Below, one piece after another: positions 1-10,481 of a DNA stretch of 43,074 nt. Source of the stretch: Candidatus Thalassarchaeaceae archaeon (GTDB taxonomy: Archaea; Thermoplasmatota; Poseidoniia; Poseidoniales; Thalassarchaeaceae); the NCBI GenBank assembly GCA_029942125.1, contig JAPYUB010000001.1, forward strand, positions 1-43,074, read 5' to 3'. Each line of letters starts with the position of its first letter. Position 1 is the first letter of the stretch. The notes beneath the pieces were generated by a model that made no database searches, was not told the DNA's origin, and was given only the letters and a program-made list of their open reading frames with translations. The position numbers were made by a program, and so were the translations under genes.

Positions 1-65
1 TGAAATAGGTGTTCAGCCCACTGTTTTATGTGGTTTGACTCAGAGGGTAGGGGCTGCGCAGCGCC

Positions 66-827
66 TCAGTAACTCACTCGCTGAAGTTGCCTATCAATCG
101 CCTCTTCCATCGAGAGTCTGCCAACTGCGACAGCTTGGGCGAGGCGCTGAGAGATGGTCACCTGACCACCAGAGATTCGACGACTCAACCGCTGCACTTC
201 CTTGACCTCACCAGAAGTCGGCACAACCGGTTGCTTGTGCGTGATGGGTGCGCCATCCATCTGTGCAATCTTGGTCGCTGAAGCATGATGCTGATTTCTC
301 GAAAGGCCTCTCGAAGTACGACGCTCATCTACACGCTCTACGCGTAACCCACGTGCAAGGCAGATGTTGACCAAGCGATTGGAAATAGTGCGTGATCCAT
401 CGCCAATTCGTACGACCAAGGAGTTGTGGCCAATCTCGTCAGACACAGCACAGATTCGATCTACAGCCGCATCCACGGATTCGAACTGAGCCGTTCCGAG
501 AACTCTACCGTCTCCCATCCACGCAAGGCCCGGACGTGGACCCGGATCAATACCGAACGTCAAATCTCTGACAATACCACCCTTGGCGACAAACCTCAGA
601 GCGCGATCAATGTCCGATTCGAACGATTCGAGTGTTGCTCCAATCCCCAATGGGTCGGCAGCTGCTTCTACCTCTTCATGAGAAGCAAGCCAAACGAGTG
701 TAGAAGGTGGAAGGGCGGTTCCTTGCTCTAGATGGGCACATCGAACTTGACGTGCTTTCAAACTGGCCAACAAGCGATAGGCCAGACGGAAATCCGCCGT
801 TCGAACAATGACCCTGCTCACGCTCAT
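66..827 (-). CDS. Conserved archaeal protein with RNase H-like (YqgF/RuvC-like) fold
   Basis: 253 aa; GIDPGPRPGLA (first strand plus acidic residue), VRIGDG and VDERRTS motifs typical of YqgF/RuvC-like folds. Confidence 0.65.
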   Translation of the reverse strand: MSVSRVIVRTADFRLAYRLLASLKARQVRCAHLEQGTALPPSTLVWLASHEEVEAAADPLGIGATLESFESDIDRALRFVAKGGIVRDLTFGIDPGPRPGLAWMGDGRVLGTAQFESVDAAVDRICAVSDEIGHNSLVVRIGDGSRTISNRLVNICLARGLRVERVDERRTSRGLSRNQHHASATKIAQMDGAPITHKQPVVPTSGEVKEVQRLSRRISGGQVTISQRLAQAVAVGRLSMEEAIDRQLQRVSY

Positions 828-956
828 GGGTACCTATGTAGATAGTCAAACCTTCGCATTCCATGGGACCGAATTACCCAGTTTGCCAAACAAATCGTGT
901 GAGGTCGCGGGGGTTGAGCGAACACTGTAATAGCCGCGGAAGGGCCGGCTACGCTG

Positions 957-1589
957 ATGGCCTCGTCTTACGAGCGCGAATTAAGGGCGGTGTTGGCTGG
1001 TTCCCCAGCAGGTGTCCGGGCAGTTACGCGCTCATGCACCGAATTGGAACGCGCACGCGCCATGCAAGTCGTTCAGAGGCCATTCTTGGTGGTTCGAGTC
1101 GCAGGCAGCGGGATGGATGGAAGTGGAGATATCATCGCCTTGCGAGGTGACCTCTGCTTTCCGATTGAAGTCAAAACTCGCGCGGATAAAAAGTTGTATT
1201 TCTCTGGACAAACGCAAAATCAACTAAATTCGATGAAAGAAATTGGAGAGAAATGTGGCCTTATGCCATTGTATGCACATCGACTCAAAGGCGTACGTGG
1301 AGATTCTTGGCGGATATTTCGAATCGAAACCTCAACCCTAACGGGGCGCTTGGCCACACTTTCAAAGCGAATTCCAACATTGCCCTTAACCCGCACAGGT
1401 AAACCGCATCTGGATTGGGATCAAGGGCTCCCATTGCATCAATTTCTAGGGGTAGTCTGCCGAGCCTCAGAAGAAAATGGATTGTCAAGACTCGTGGAAG
1501 AAGCGCTATCCATCAAGATGGTGACAGAAACGGTCATCGAACCTGAACCTGAACCATTGCCGGCATGGATGGACAGATTCAGAGCCTAA
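957..1589 (+). CDS. hjc: Archaeal Holliday junction resolvase Hjc family
   Basis: N-terminal YERELR, VVRVAGSG, GDIIALRG...PIEVK (PD-(D/E)xK nuclease core). Confidence 0.85.
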   Translation: MASSYERELRAVLAGSPAGVRAVTRSCTELERARAMQVVQRPFLVVRVAGSGMDGSGDIIALRGDLCFPIEVKTRADKKLYFSGQTQNQLNSMKEIGEKCGLMPLYAHRLKGVRGDSWRIFRIETSTLTGRLATLSKRIPTLPLTRTGKPHLDWDQGLPLHQFLGVVCRASEENGLSRLVEEALSIKMVTETVIEPEPEPLPAWMDRFRA

Positions 1590-1765
1590 ACCTTCTCGCC
1601 AGAAAGAAGCGCCTCAAGTCGTTCGATGGCCACACTTTGTCGACCCACATCGCGCCCCAGTCGTTCATAATCAGCCTGCTCAATCATGCGACGAATGGCA
1701 TCTCTGTCACGTAGCAACGTGTTGACGCGACGTTGAATTCGTCGGACCTCGTCAATGTCGACCAT
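1586..1765 (-). CDS. Small helical/coiled-coil hypothetical protein (59 aa, MVDIDEVRRIQ...)
   Basis: Fills the gap between hjc and the S2P gene with a 4-nt tail overlap; amphipathic helical sequence; ATG at 1765 lies about 25 nt after a TCAAG box like other local starts. Confidence 0.6.
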   Translation of the reverse strand: MVDIDEVRRIQRRVNTLLRDRDAIRRMIEQADYERLGRDVGRQSVAIERLEALLSGEKV

Positions 1766-1804
1766 GCTGCTGAGAGGGGGGGTGTCGTCTTGAGTTCTCT
1801 CCCG

Positions 1805-3334
1805 ATGCTTCAAGAAGAAGCGGGGATAGGCCCGGTCGTGAGCGATACACGGCGAGGGCGCGACAAGCGCGCACTCATCCTGATTTTCATCAGTGCGTTT
1901 CTAGCTGTGCAAGTGCATTGGGGATTTGCTGCTCTGTGTATATGGATTCTCATACTTGGACAACTCGAGCGACGAGGGGTCCTTGATCGATGGAATGCAT
2001 CTCGAGTGATGGGTGGACTGTTGATGCTGCGAACTAAGCGCGGCCAAGATACCATTGAGAAAGTAGCAACACCACGCAAATTCTGGCGCTGGTATGGCGA
2101 GATTTCATTGTGGACTTGTTCCATTGTCATGGTCTTCATCGTCCTATTTCTGTTGTTGTCGTTCTCCTTGGCCCTATTCAAAGGCGTTCCCAACAATGAT
2201 GCACCAGCAAGTCAACTAATTCCATTTCCTGGAATCAGTCCAATCATTCCATTCTGGTGGCCAGCCATCGCTTTCGTCGGTGCGCTGGTGATTCACGAAT
2301 TCGCGCATGCGCTTCAGGCGCGTGCCCACGGTATGCGCGTACGCTCAGTTGGTCTTCTTCTATTGGGTCCATTTCCAGCCGGTGCTTTTGTCGAACCTGA
2401 ATACGAAGAACTGACCAAGGCACCACGCAGAGAACGCGCACGATTGTTTGCTGCTGCACCTGCAACCAATCTCTATGCTGGATTCTTCACTTGGCTACTA
2501 ATCTGTCTGCTGGCGACCCAATTTGCTGTTATTGATCCCGGTGTTCACGCCAGTGGAATTGTGGAAGATTCTGCGGCGGCAGAAGCAGGGCTTGAGCCAT
2601 GGGAAATCATTACTCATTTCAACGGCACTCAAGTTTCTACCGCTACTGAAATGTCAGACCAATTGGATGTACATTCTGCGGGTGATACTGTGAATCTCAT
2701 CGTTCTCAGTCATCCTGATGCGGACGGAGTGCGAGGTGAACGTGTCATCAGTGTCACTCTCACGAGCAAATTGGCTTATCTTGAATCACAAGGTTTGACA
2801 GAAGAAGAGATTGAATTGTTCGATGTCGATGAGAAGAGTGCCTTTCTCGGTGTCTCAGGAATGGATGATGGATTGAGTGGCATCGATCGATTGGCCGGGC
2901 CGATGGCGTGGGAACAGGATGTGCCGTTCTACGTTGATGCATTGGGTGTAGCCATTCAGCCCATCGTCATCATTGATGCACCCATTCAACACGAAGGTCA
3001 GATTATGGATCCCCACGAGATAGATTACATCGAAGCCGATGGTTGGTTGGGAAGTCTCTTGGGAACCACCATTCTGATGGCGCTCATCACGCTTCTCTTC
3101 TGGTTCATTTGGTGGAATGTCGGATTGGGACTGGCGAATCTAATTCCAATCATTCCGTTTGACGGGGGGCATCTGATGAAGGATTTCCTCGGAGTTGTTG
3201 TCGGTGGAATTCATCGATTTTCCAAGAAATCGCATCCGCTCAAGACTGAAGCTATGGTTTCGAAGATTTCATCGTTCAGTAGCCTGTTCCTGTTCATGGG
3301 ACTGCTGATGATTATCATCGCCCAGCGCATCTGA
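1805..3334 (+). CDS. Site-2 protease (peptidase M50) with PDZ domain
   Basis: HEFAH zinc motif, NLIPIIPFDGGH motif, PDZ-like SAAAEAGLEPWEIITHFNG, multiple TM segments; start is ATG 1805 or GTG 1838. Confidence 0.92.
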   Translation: MLQEEAGIGPVVSDTRRGRDKRALILIFISAFLAVQVHWGFAALCIWILILGQLERRGVLDRWNASRVMGGLLMLRTKRGQDTIEKVATPRKFWRWYGEISLWTCSIVMVFIVLFLLLSFSLALFKGVPNNDAPASQLIPFPGISPIIPFWWPAIAFVGALVIHEFAHALQARAHGMRVRSVGLLLLGPFPAGAFVEPEYEELTKAPRRERARLFAAAPATNLYAGFFTWLLICLLATQFAVIDPGVHASGIVEDSAAAEAGLEPWEIITHFNGTQVSTATEMSDQLDVHSAGDTVNLIVLSHPDADGVRGERVISVTLTSKLAYLESQGLTEEEIELFDVDEKSAFLGVSGMDDGLSGIDRLAGPMAWEQDVPFYVDALGVAIQPIVIIDAPIQHEGQIMDPHEIDYIEADGWLGSLLGTTILMALITLLFWFIWWNVGLGLANLIPIIPFDGGHLMKDFLGVVVGGIHRFSKKSHPLKTEAMVSKISSFSSLFLFMGLLMIIIAQRI

Positions 3335-3335
3335 G

Positions 3336-4280
3336 TTACTCTTCCTCAGAAATTGCCTGCTCGACCTCTGGTGCAGTTTCCATTGTGTGGTTAGCTACGC
3401 GTTCCCACAGGGCAGGAATCGCGAGTAGAATAAAGGCTGAAATAACCAATTTCGTCCATGTTGAACCCGGAACGAAAGCACTGTTATCCGACAATCCCAG
3501 TTTGATTGCACCTACCCAAGGAATCTCGCCTCCAGCTACACCTACTAGCCAATCATCGCGAACTGCGCCAACCGCCTCCCCGTTCTCATCGGTCAATCCT
3601 CTCCAAGTGTGAGTAGTTTCTCCAACTGCAGCGTACTGATCGACGTTACATCCGTTGGTAACAATATTATCGCCTGAAGTCAGGTAACCAGCATGACCGG
3701 GGTCCCAGTTGCTAACTGTCAACTTCTGCCCATTGTTGCACTGATAATCTAATTCAAGGCTAATCGAAGTCGCATTGTTCACATTGGTGCCGGGTACACT
3801 CCAAGTGAGTATGCAAGTTCCAGCCTGCCCATCGGCATCGATTGTGATAGGGTCCCAACTTCCGTCATTCCCAATGCAAGGATGTTCCGCACCACGCTCC
3901 GGTGTTGCAGTTTCATCGGCAACCGCACGCATGAGCGCACGGTGGATGACGGGTGTCATCGTGCCGCCGTTCTTTCGATAAATGATGACGTCACCGGGCA
4001 TGCCGTGATTCTCGTAGCCTTCGTAGGGGCCACCATCCTCAATCGCCTCAGCATAGGTGATGATGTTCTTGCGATCTTCTGACATGACGAGGACGAGGTC
4101 ACCTGGGTCAATCGCGCCAACGTTTCCCTCATCCTCATGCATCATCGAACCAGATTCGATGACGACCATAGGCGGCCATGAACCTGTCATCAGGAAAAGG
4201 ACGGCGATGAGGGTGGCAATGAGGCCACTGGCAAGCAAGGCCTCCCTCGCCCAGGCCCAAGCCTCACCCATCGGCCTCAC
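3336..4280 (-). CDS. Signal peptidase I, archaeal Sec11/S26B type, with extracellular insertion
   Basis: N-terminal TM, IESGSM (catalytic Ser), IDPGDLV, PVIHRA (His), SGDN, C-terminal TM; alternative ATG at 4271. Confidence 0.88.
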   Translation of the reverse strand: MRPMGEAWAWAREALLASGLIATLIAVLFLMTGSWPPMVVIESGSMMHEDEGNVGAIDPGDLVLVMSEDRKNIITYAEAIEDGGPYEGYENHGMPGDVIIYRKNGGTMTPVIHRALMRAVADETATPERGAEHPCIGNDGSWDPITIDADGQAGTCILTWSVPGTNVNNATSISLELDYQCNNGQKLTVSNWDPGHAGYLTSGDNIVTNGCNVDQYAAVGETTHTWRGLTDENGEAVGAVRDDWLVGVAGGEIPWVGAIKLGLSDNSAFVPGSTWTKLVISAFILLAIPALWERVANHTMETAPEVEQAISEEE

Positions 4281-5080
4281 TCCTCTTCCATTCGAGTTTC
4301 CGTGGTTTCAAATTCTGGACGTTCGCCCGATGCAGGGAAGGAAGCCCAGAGTAGGAACACGGAGACTAGAAGCACAAACCAACCCGATATGTCATCAAAA
4401 TACGGTGCTGGGACAGAGTCGATTCGCTCCCCCTTCAACCAATCCCAAATGACGAGGGTGTTGATGCGCTCCTCAGCCGCATTGCGAACAATTCCAAACG
4501 ACATGTTGCAAAGTTGGAGAATTGTCATTAAAAATCCAACAAAACCAAACGAACGGTTCAACCAAGGTTCACGAAGAAATTCCACATCAAGCATTCGTGA
4601 AAAACGTGAATCATCGGTTCGCCACCAATTGATGAGAATATCTTCGGGCACGCTCTCTAGATCTTCAATCGGTGTAACTCGACCTTTGGTGAGGCCATGT
4701 TCGATGAAATGCGCTTTCAAGCGAGCGCTCCAAACTGAACCTAGCAGGGTTGCAGCCTCTTCGGCTTCCTTGCGTTGCCTACCCAATTCTGGACGTGACG
4801 AAGAACTCATCACTTCCATCAAAAAACTCCAGCGACCCTGATAATGGATGAATTCAGGTCCCACGAAGATGAGTACAGTGAATCCGATGAATAGGCCAGC
4901 CCAAGTTCCATTTCTGAGATGCTCCAAATCGGGATCTTGTGCACCACCCAAGAAGAAGAAGTATACAATCGACCACATAACCACACTGAATGCAAGAAAT
5001 GAAACTGTTCCCAAGATGAACATATGGCGATCTCTTTTGCTTTCCCACCAACGCTTGAGTGGAGTGAAAATTCCGGTCAT
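4277..5080 (-). CDS. Hypothetical membrane protein (about 4 TM)
   Basis: 267 aa with four hydrophobic segments; GTGA overlap with the signal peptidase gene suggests coupling. Confidence 0.75.
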   Translation of the reverse strand: MTGIFTPLKRWWESKRDRHMFILGTVSFLAFSVVMWSIVYFFFLGGAQDPDLEHLRNGTWAGLFIGFTVLIFVGPEFIHYQGRWSFLMEVMSSSSRPELGRQRKEAEEAATLLGSVWSARLKAHFIEHGLTKGRVTPIEDLESVPEDILINWWRTDDSRFSRMLDVEFLREPWLNRSFGFVGFLMTILQLCNMSFGIVRNAAEERINTLVIWDWLKGERIDSVPAPYFDDISGWFVLLVSVFLLWASFPASGERPEFETTETRMEEE

Positions 5081-5243
5081 TATGATTCAATATCCTGCCC
5101 GATACTACTTCAGGCCAAAATCGGCGAAACTATTGGCACTGTTGAGTGTTCGCCTCTATCGGACCCTAACGGGCCCGGAATAGATTGAAAGCCGAGGGCG
5201 CCGGGTGTCGGCATAGCCGACATGGCGGAAAGGCGGAGAAGAT

Positions 5244-8200
5244 ATGAAAAAAATTGCCATCTCCATCCTTGTAATTCTACTCTTTTCCACTGCATTGCCA
5301 TTGGCATCCGCAGTCACAGAAACTCAATTTTCCGATGGATCCTCGACCTTCACTCATGTCTTCACTACGGCTGGAGATGCGGCCACACAGGGTGTAACAC
5401 TGCCTTTTGGAGCTGAAGTGGGTGATGTTGAATTTGAAATTGAAGGTTCATCATCAACACAAAGTTGGTTCAATCGGACCAGCAATGCCGACTTCGGTGG
5501 ACAAGGAACGACCGGATCAAGTCAATGGGGATGGTCAATCAACCAGAATGGATGGAACTACGGTTATCGGCAAAATGTCAAGATTGACAATGGTCAACTG
5601 GAATTGCGCCCAACAGAGGATACCACCTATTGGTCGATGAGCAATACGAATCAGGCTGCATCATCCACTGGTGGCAGTATGAACACGACGGGGCAATACT
5701 TCTCAACCGCTGAAGCCGGTTACAACGGAATGAGTGATGTCAGCACAAAAAGTGTATCCGGTGGCACTTGGAATTACATGGGTCCAGTCGTCAAGCAAGG
5801 GGATGAGGTCCATGTTGTTCGATATTCTTCGATTGGTTCCTACGGCGGTTACCAATTGAGTGCAATCAATCGATACAATGCAACGACTGGTGTTTCCATT
5901 GGAACGGCGAGCATACAATACAACAACTGTTCTTCTAACAACGTATACTACATTACTGACGCAACAAGCGATGGTGATGGAACTGTTTGGATGACGTCCT
6001 TCTACACGAGTGGAACCCAAGGCGCGATATCAAAGTGGTCTGTAACTTACACAACCGGCTCTTCTGGTCAAGTTATTTCCACTTACAAATGTGAGAGGGC
6101 TTGGACGGTACTCGAAGTAGGTGGCATTTCCATCGATCCAATAACTGACAAAATGTATGTCGTACAACGGGTTCGAGTGAACAACCAATACCTCATCGAT
6201 TTGTGGGAAGTCAGTCGTAGTACTCCGAATATTGCTATACAAACTTGGAGCCTAGGAATTATTTCTCCCACTGGTATTCAAACGGGTCTCAATTCCTATA
6301 CCAGACCTGCTGGATTGGATGTTCAGATGCCCAGAATTTCGGTGAACGTATACTGTTACTATTACGCAAACCCCAACTACTGCGATGGGAATCGTGTGTC
6401 GTGGATGAACGTCTATCATCAGCGTTCCAACTGGCCTGAATTGCAAGGTGAATTCCCCAGTTCTTACGCAATCATGGGCATCGAGAATATCGATGGAGAA
6501 TTGGCGACAACCTGTATGTATGGGTCGGTTTCATCCTATTGCCCTAGTGCCAGCACAATGCGGAAAATCACAATGCGAGGGGGTGGTTCATCCGATTGGA
6601 TGGGTACTCCGGCATCAAACAATGCCACGATTACATCGAGTATGCAGACACTCGCTCGTTCGGTTAGCGAACTATCGATTGGAGTTGCGATTACATGGGA
6701 ACCAACGGGTACCTCGGTTGATTTCGAAGTAACCAATGATGGCGGAACCACCTGGAAGCGAGCCAATAGTGCGGGTCAAACAATTACATTCACAAATGCA
6801 GGCAACCAATTGGGTTGGCGGGCTTGGCTAAACGGAACTGCTTCTGCAGCACCACTCCTAGATACCGTGGGCCTCACCTATGCCGCTACCTTTGCATCGA
6901 GTGGACAATGGAGATCATACCGAGTTACATCTGGGTCATTCCCTGATGCTGCAATGGTTTGGTGGAATGCCTCAACACCTGGTGGAAGTGCACTGGATGT
7001 TTACTTCAGAGCATCATCCCAGTGTTCAAGTGGAACCAGAGTAAATATCCCAAGTTCGGGGTCGACTATGACTTTCTCTCAACTATCTGGAAGTTACTTG
7101 TCTCTCTGCATTGACTTAGATGCTGGAACTTCCAATCAGTATACGCCGACTCTATACGACATCAGTATCGCACTTTTCGAAAATGCTCCTCAAGATGTTA
7201 AAATTGACATATATGATACAGATTCGACCACCGCAAAAAATTGCCCCATCCCTGAATATGAATGGGAACATGAGGGTACGCTCTTGGGTACAACTACCGC
7301 ACAATCCTCAAGTGGCAATTCTGATTTGGAAGACGCCTTCAACTGCATCGTTCCACAGTCGGGTTCTGGAACTGAAGTTGTAGGAGTGAAGGTTCACTCA
7401 TCCACCCCAGGGAAAGTCAAAATCAAATCAATGCGAATTGAATACACGATGGTGACGGTCAATCTCGACATCAACTTCGATGAAAATATGGTTCTTCACG
7501 AACGAGTAAACCCCTACGAAATCGTCACGAGACACGTAATCGGTGATGAGGCGTTGAGTATCACCGATGCCGAGTTGACATTCCTCGCATCGCCGAATGC
7601 AGATGCACCTAAATTATCTTGGGCTCAAGATGGAACACTGGTTGATGATGACCCCGAGGATTGGATTGTCCCAGATCAGAGTGCGACATGGACGAATCTA
7701 TCCAACGGTATATTTGAGATACACTGGATGTTCCGTGTGACAGATGATTTCCCCGAGCAGAATAATGTCGGATGGAGAGTTTCTTGTACCGATGACAACG
7801 GATTCTCGCCGGGAACCCTTTCCACTGATACCTCTTCCATTGTGGTCAACCAGTCGTATGGACTGGGTTGGTTCACCATCCATGATGTAGAAGGGGAAGT
7901 AGTCAACGATAATGTCCAGAATGGTGATTGGATAGTTGCTGGTGAAACCATTCACTTTCAGGGCCAAGTCTGGTTCGTGGGAACACAAGATGCACCTCTC
8001 AACTCAGTATTTGACATCAGAATCGCCCGCAAGGACAGCCAGGGTGATTTCGTCTCTTCCACTTGGAAGGATAATTCAAATCCAAATGGAACGTTCTTCA
8101 TCTCAGTCGCTATTCCAGACATGGATATTCCCGAAGGCGTGACATTCGAAATACAGGCCTATAATCTGCGTGATCCGACCAAGGTCATGCCTACGGACGA

Positions 8201-10400
8201 TTCATGGAGGAGAACGTTGCGAATCGATGATTCAACCCCCGAAATCATCGATTCTTGGCCTGCTGATGGTGACTATGAAGCCAGTTCAGTCGACAAACAG
8301 GTCGTTGTAACCATCGAAGATGCAATTGGACATCCAGAAGAACTCACGCTCAATTATTGGGTCGAAGCTGACCATGACACCAACCGAAATGGGGAGGCGG
8401 ATGCTGATGAATATGTCATGCAAACAATGACCAATTTAACAGAGGAAGAAGAGAAGAACTTCTTTGGATATATCGATGATTCACGCAACCCAAACATGGC
8501 TAGAGTGTCCTATTTCGTCACTGGCAATGACCCTGCGGGAAATCTGCTATTAGGAAATGATGGACCAGGGTTTGCTTACGATTTATCCACCTATCTAACA
8601 CGACAAGACATGGCTTCAGTGTTTACTGGGTTGGTATGGCATGATCATGCCGATGGAACCGATGTGTTCAGCGGAACGGATCAATCAATCTCCATCGGTC
8701 TTGTCGATGCTAACGGCATCATCGATTTCGAATATATCTCAATCATCTACGACTTTGAGGGGCCTGATCCCGAAAGAGACCAACAGAAAATTTCCTACAA
8801 TGGACGAACCGACGTCTGGACTTCGGAAAGTGACTTCATCACCTTGCAGCCGAGCAGCTCTGCTGAAGTAACCACGAACGACACTGGTCTTCCATGGGTT
8901 CAGGTTACATTTGATTTCCAATTCTCCTGGGATTGGCCTGACGAGGACATTTCTGACCTCGCGCTTGAGTACAAAGAACTGGGTTCGCCAACACCCACTA
9001 GAATAGAGTTCATTGATCACACCTTCAGTGTCGAAAATGATCTGGTACTCGACGCATCGACCTATGTTGTCGAAGACGTGGCAGAACCTCGAACCGGCCC
9101 TCTTGATGATGCGACACCAGTAAGGCCGGACGATCGTCTACGGTGGTCGGGGCGAGTCGTGTATGAGAGCAGTAGTGTCCCTGCTCCAAATGATCTGGGC
9201 ATCACCGTCGAGGTCTTCGATGGGGTTCAGTATTGGTCCGATGGAAGTCTAACCGATAATGGCGCCTTCAGCATTGAAGTGCCACTTTCGGCAGCCACAA
9301 CATTGCAGAGTGCAGAAACTCGTACTTTCCTTACCGGCGTGCGTAACGTGCCTGGACGAGGCGAGGACATGACCCGCGATACTGTGGCGACAACTTTGCA
9401 ACTGCAGGTCGATCACACGCCACCTCGAGTTCACTATCGCCTTGCGCCTGTCGACGTCATCGACATCTCGGCCGCATCTGATTTGACATCGATTCCTGTT
9501 CGATTCTCCGGCTGGGAGGAATGTGTATTGCTTGAGGGTGATGACCGATGTGCCGCATTCAGCCAATCACCACAATGGGTGAATTGGGTTATGCGTGACG
9601 ACGCGCGAACTATTGCTGCAGGACAATCTCAACTGGCGATGCAATTGAACAACACAACCCTAGAATGGATTGGTGAAGTGGATTTGACCAGTGACGGCTT
9701 GGTCACCCCTCGAAGTGGATACAAAATTGGATTCTGGGTGACTGGTCACGATGCAGCAGGGAATGAATTCCCAATGGCGGGAAACACTGAGAGCGATCCG
9801 GTTAGGGAACATGAAGACCTAGATGGTGACCAAAACCTCGCATGGGTTCGACTTGGAGCGACTGTAGCAGAACTCATCGTCAAGAGCGTGACACTGGACC
9901 AAGACACCGTCAGCGAAGGAACGGAAATTGAAGTCGTTACCATCATTGCAAATACTGGTGGTGTGACTGAATCCTCTTTCTCTGTGCATTTCGTTACCGA
10001 TGAAGGTGTGATTGACACCGAGCGAATCACCGGTCTACCCAGTGGTGGTGAACATCGAATCACGACTACGTGGACCGCAAAAGAGGGGATTGATCGCATC
10101 ACTGTGATTGTCGATGCTGAAAATGAAGTCGTCGAGGTTGACGAAGAAGGCAATTCGATGTCCGCGGGAGTTTCTGTAGAGTATTCATGGGGCCTTGGAT
10201 GGGTCGATAGTTGGAGGCAGAATCCGCTCACTGTCATCGGCATATTATTCACATTGATTCTATTACCAATCATTGCCAGGATCACGTGGAAAACTTCGCT
10301 CTCAGGTTCAACCAGTCTCTATGATGAAGAACTCATGTATGAAGACGAAGATGATGATGAATGGGAAGATGATGACGACGATGATGACGGTTGGGAGTAA
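5244..10400 (+). CDS. Giant cell-surface protein (signal peptide, beta-rich/Ig-like repeats, CARDB-like domain, C-terminal TM anchor, acidic tail)
   Basis: 1718 aa; MKKIAISILVILLFSTALPLASA signal peptide; S/T/G/N-rich; CARDB-like IANTGG...FSVHF...VDAENEVVEVDEEGN; TM VIGILFTLILLPIIA; D/E tail. Confidence 0.85.
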   Translation: MKKIAISILVILLFSTALPLASAVTETQFSDGSSTFTHVFTTAGDAATQGVTLPFGAEVGDVEFEIEGSSSTQSWFNRTSNADFGGQGTTGSSQWGWSINQNGWNYGYRQNVKIDNGQLELRPTEDTTYWSMSNTNQAASSTGGSMNTTGQYFSTAEAGYNGMSDVSTKSVSGGTWNYMGPVVKQGDEVHVVRYSSIGSYGGYQLSAINRYNATTGVSIGTASIQYNNCSSNNVYYITDATSDGDGTVWMTSFYTSGTQGAISKWSVTYTTGSSGQVISTYKCERAWTVLEVGGISIDPITDKMYVVQRVRVNNQYLIDLWEVSRSTPNIAIQTWSLGIISPTGIQTGLNSYTRPAGLDVQMPRISVNVYCYYYANPNYCDGNRVSWMNVYHQRSNWPELQGEFPSSYAIMGIENIDGELATTCMYGSVSSYCPSASTMRKITMRGGGSSDWMGTPASNNATITSSMQTLARSVSELSIGVAITWEPTGTSVDFEVTNDGGTTWKRANSAGQTITFTNAGNQLGWRAWLNGTASAAPLLDTVGLTYAATFASSGQWRSYRVTSGSFPDAAMVWWNASTPGGSALDVYFRASSQCSSGTRVNIPSSGSTMTFSQLSGSYLSLCIDLDAGTSNQYTPTLYDISIALFENAPQDVKIDIYDTDSTTAKNCPIPEYEWEHEGTLLGTTTAQSSSGNSDLEDAFNCIVPQSGSGTEVVGVKVHSSTPGKVKIKSMRIEYTMVTVNLDINFDENMVLHERVNPYEIVTRHVIGDEALSITDAELTFLASPNADAPKLSWAQDGTLVDDDPEDWIVPDQSATWTNLSNGIFEIHWMFRVTDDFPEQNNVGWRVSCTDDNGFSPGTLSTDTSSIVVNQSYGLGWFTIHDVEGEVVNDNVQNGDWIVAGETIHFQGQVWFVGTQDAPLNSVFDIRIARKDSQGDFVSSTWKDNSNPNGTFFISVAIPDMDIPEGVTFEIQAYNLRDPTKVMPTDDSWRRTLRIDDSTPEIIDSWPADGDYEASSVDKQVVVTIEDAIGHPEELTLNYWVEADHDTNRNGEADADEYVMQTMTNLTEEEEKNFFGYIDDSRNPNMARVSYFVTGNDPAGNLLLGNDGPGFAYDLSTYLTRQDMASVFTGLVWHDHADGTDVFSGTDQSISIGLVDANGIIDFEYISIIYDFEGPDPERDQQKISYNGRTDVWTSESDFITLQPSSSAEVTTNDTGLPWVQVTFDFQFSWDWPDEDISDLALEYKELGSPTPTRIEFIDHTFSVENDLVLDASTYVVEDVAEPRTGPLDDATPVRPDDRLRWSGRVVYESSSVPAPNDLGITVEVFDGVQYWSDGSLTDNGAFSIEVPLSAATTLQSAETRTFLTGVRNVPGRGEDMTRDTVATTLQLQVDHTPPRVHYRLAPVDVIDISAASDLTSIPVRFSGWEECVLLEGDDRCAAFSQSPQWVNWVMRDDARTIAAGQSQLAMQLNNTTLEWIGEVDLTSDGLVTPRSGYKIGFWVTGHDAAGNEFPMAGNTESDPVREHEDLDGDQNLAWVRLGATVAELIVKSVTLDQDTVSEGTEIEVVTIIANTGGVTESSFSVHFVTDEGVIDTERITGLPSGGEHRITTTWTAKEGIDRITVIVDAENEVVEVDEEGNSMSAGVSVEYSWGLGWVDSWRQNPLTVIGILFTLILLPIIARITWKTSLSGSTSLYDEELMYEDEDDDEWEDDDDDDDGWE

Positions 10401-10481
10401 TCCCCATCATCATTCGGCGGTTTTACTCTACGCTTCTTGAGTTAGGAAGCCTCATGGACGGCGAGGGCAGACCTTGCTCTG

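Noticed and set aside
5222-5416. Upstream ATG ORF (MAERRRRYEK...) as a frameshifted start of the giant protein
   Set aside because: ATG 5244 has its own GGAGA SD and a complete signal peptide, so no frameshift is needed
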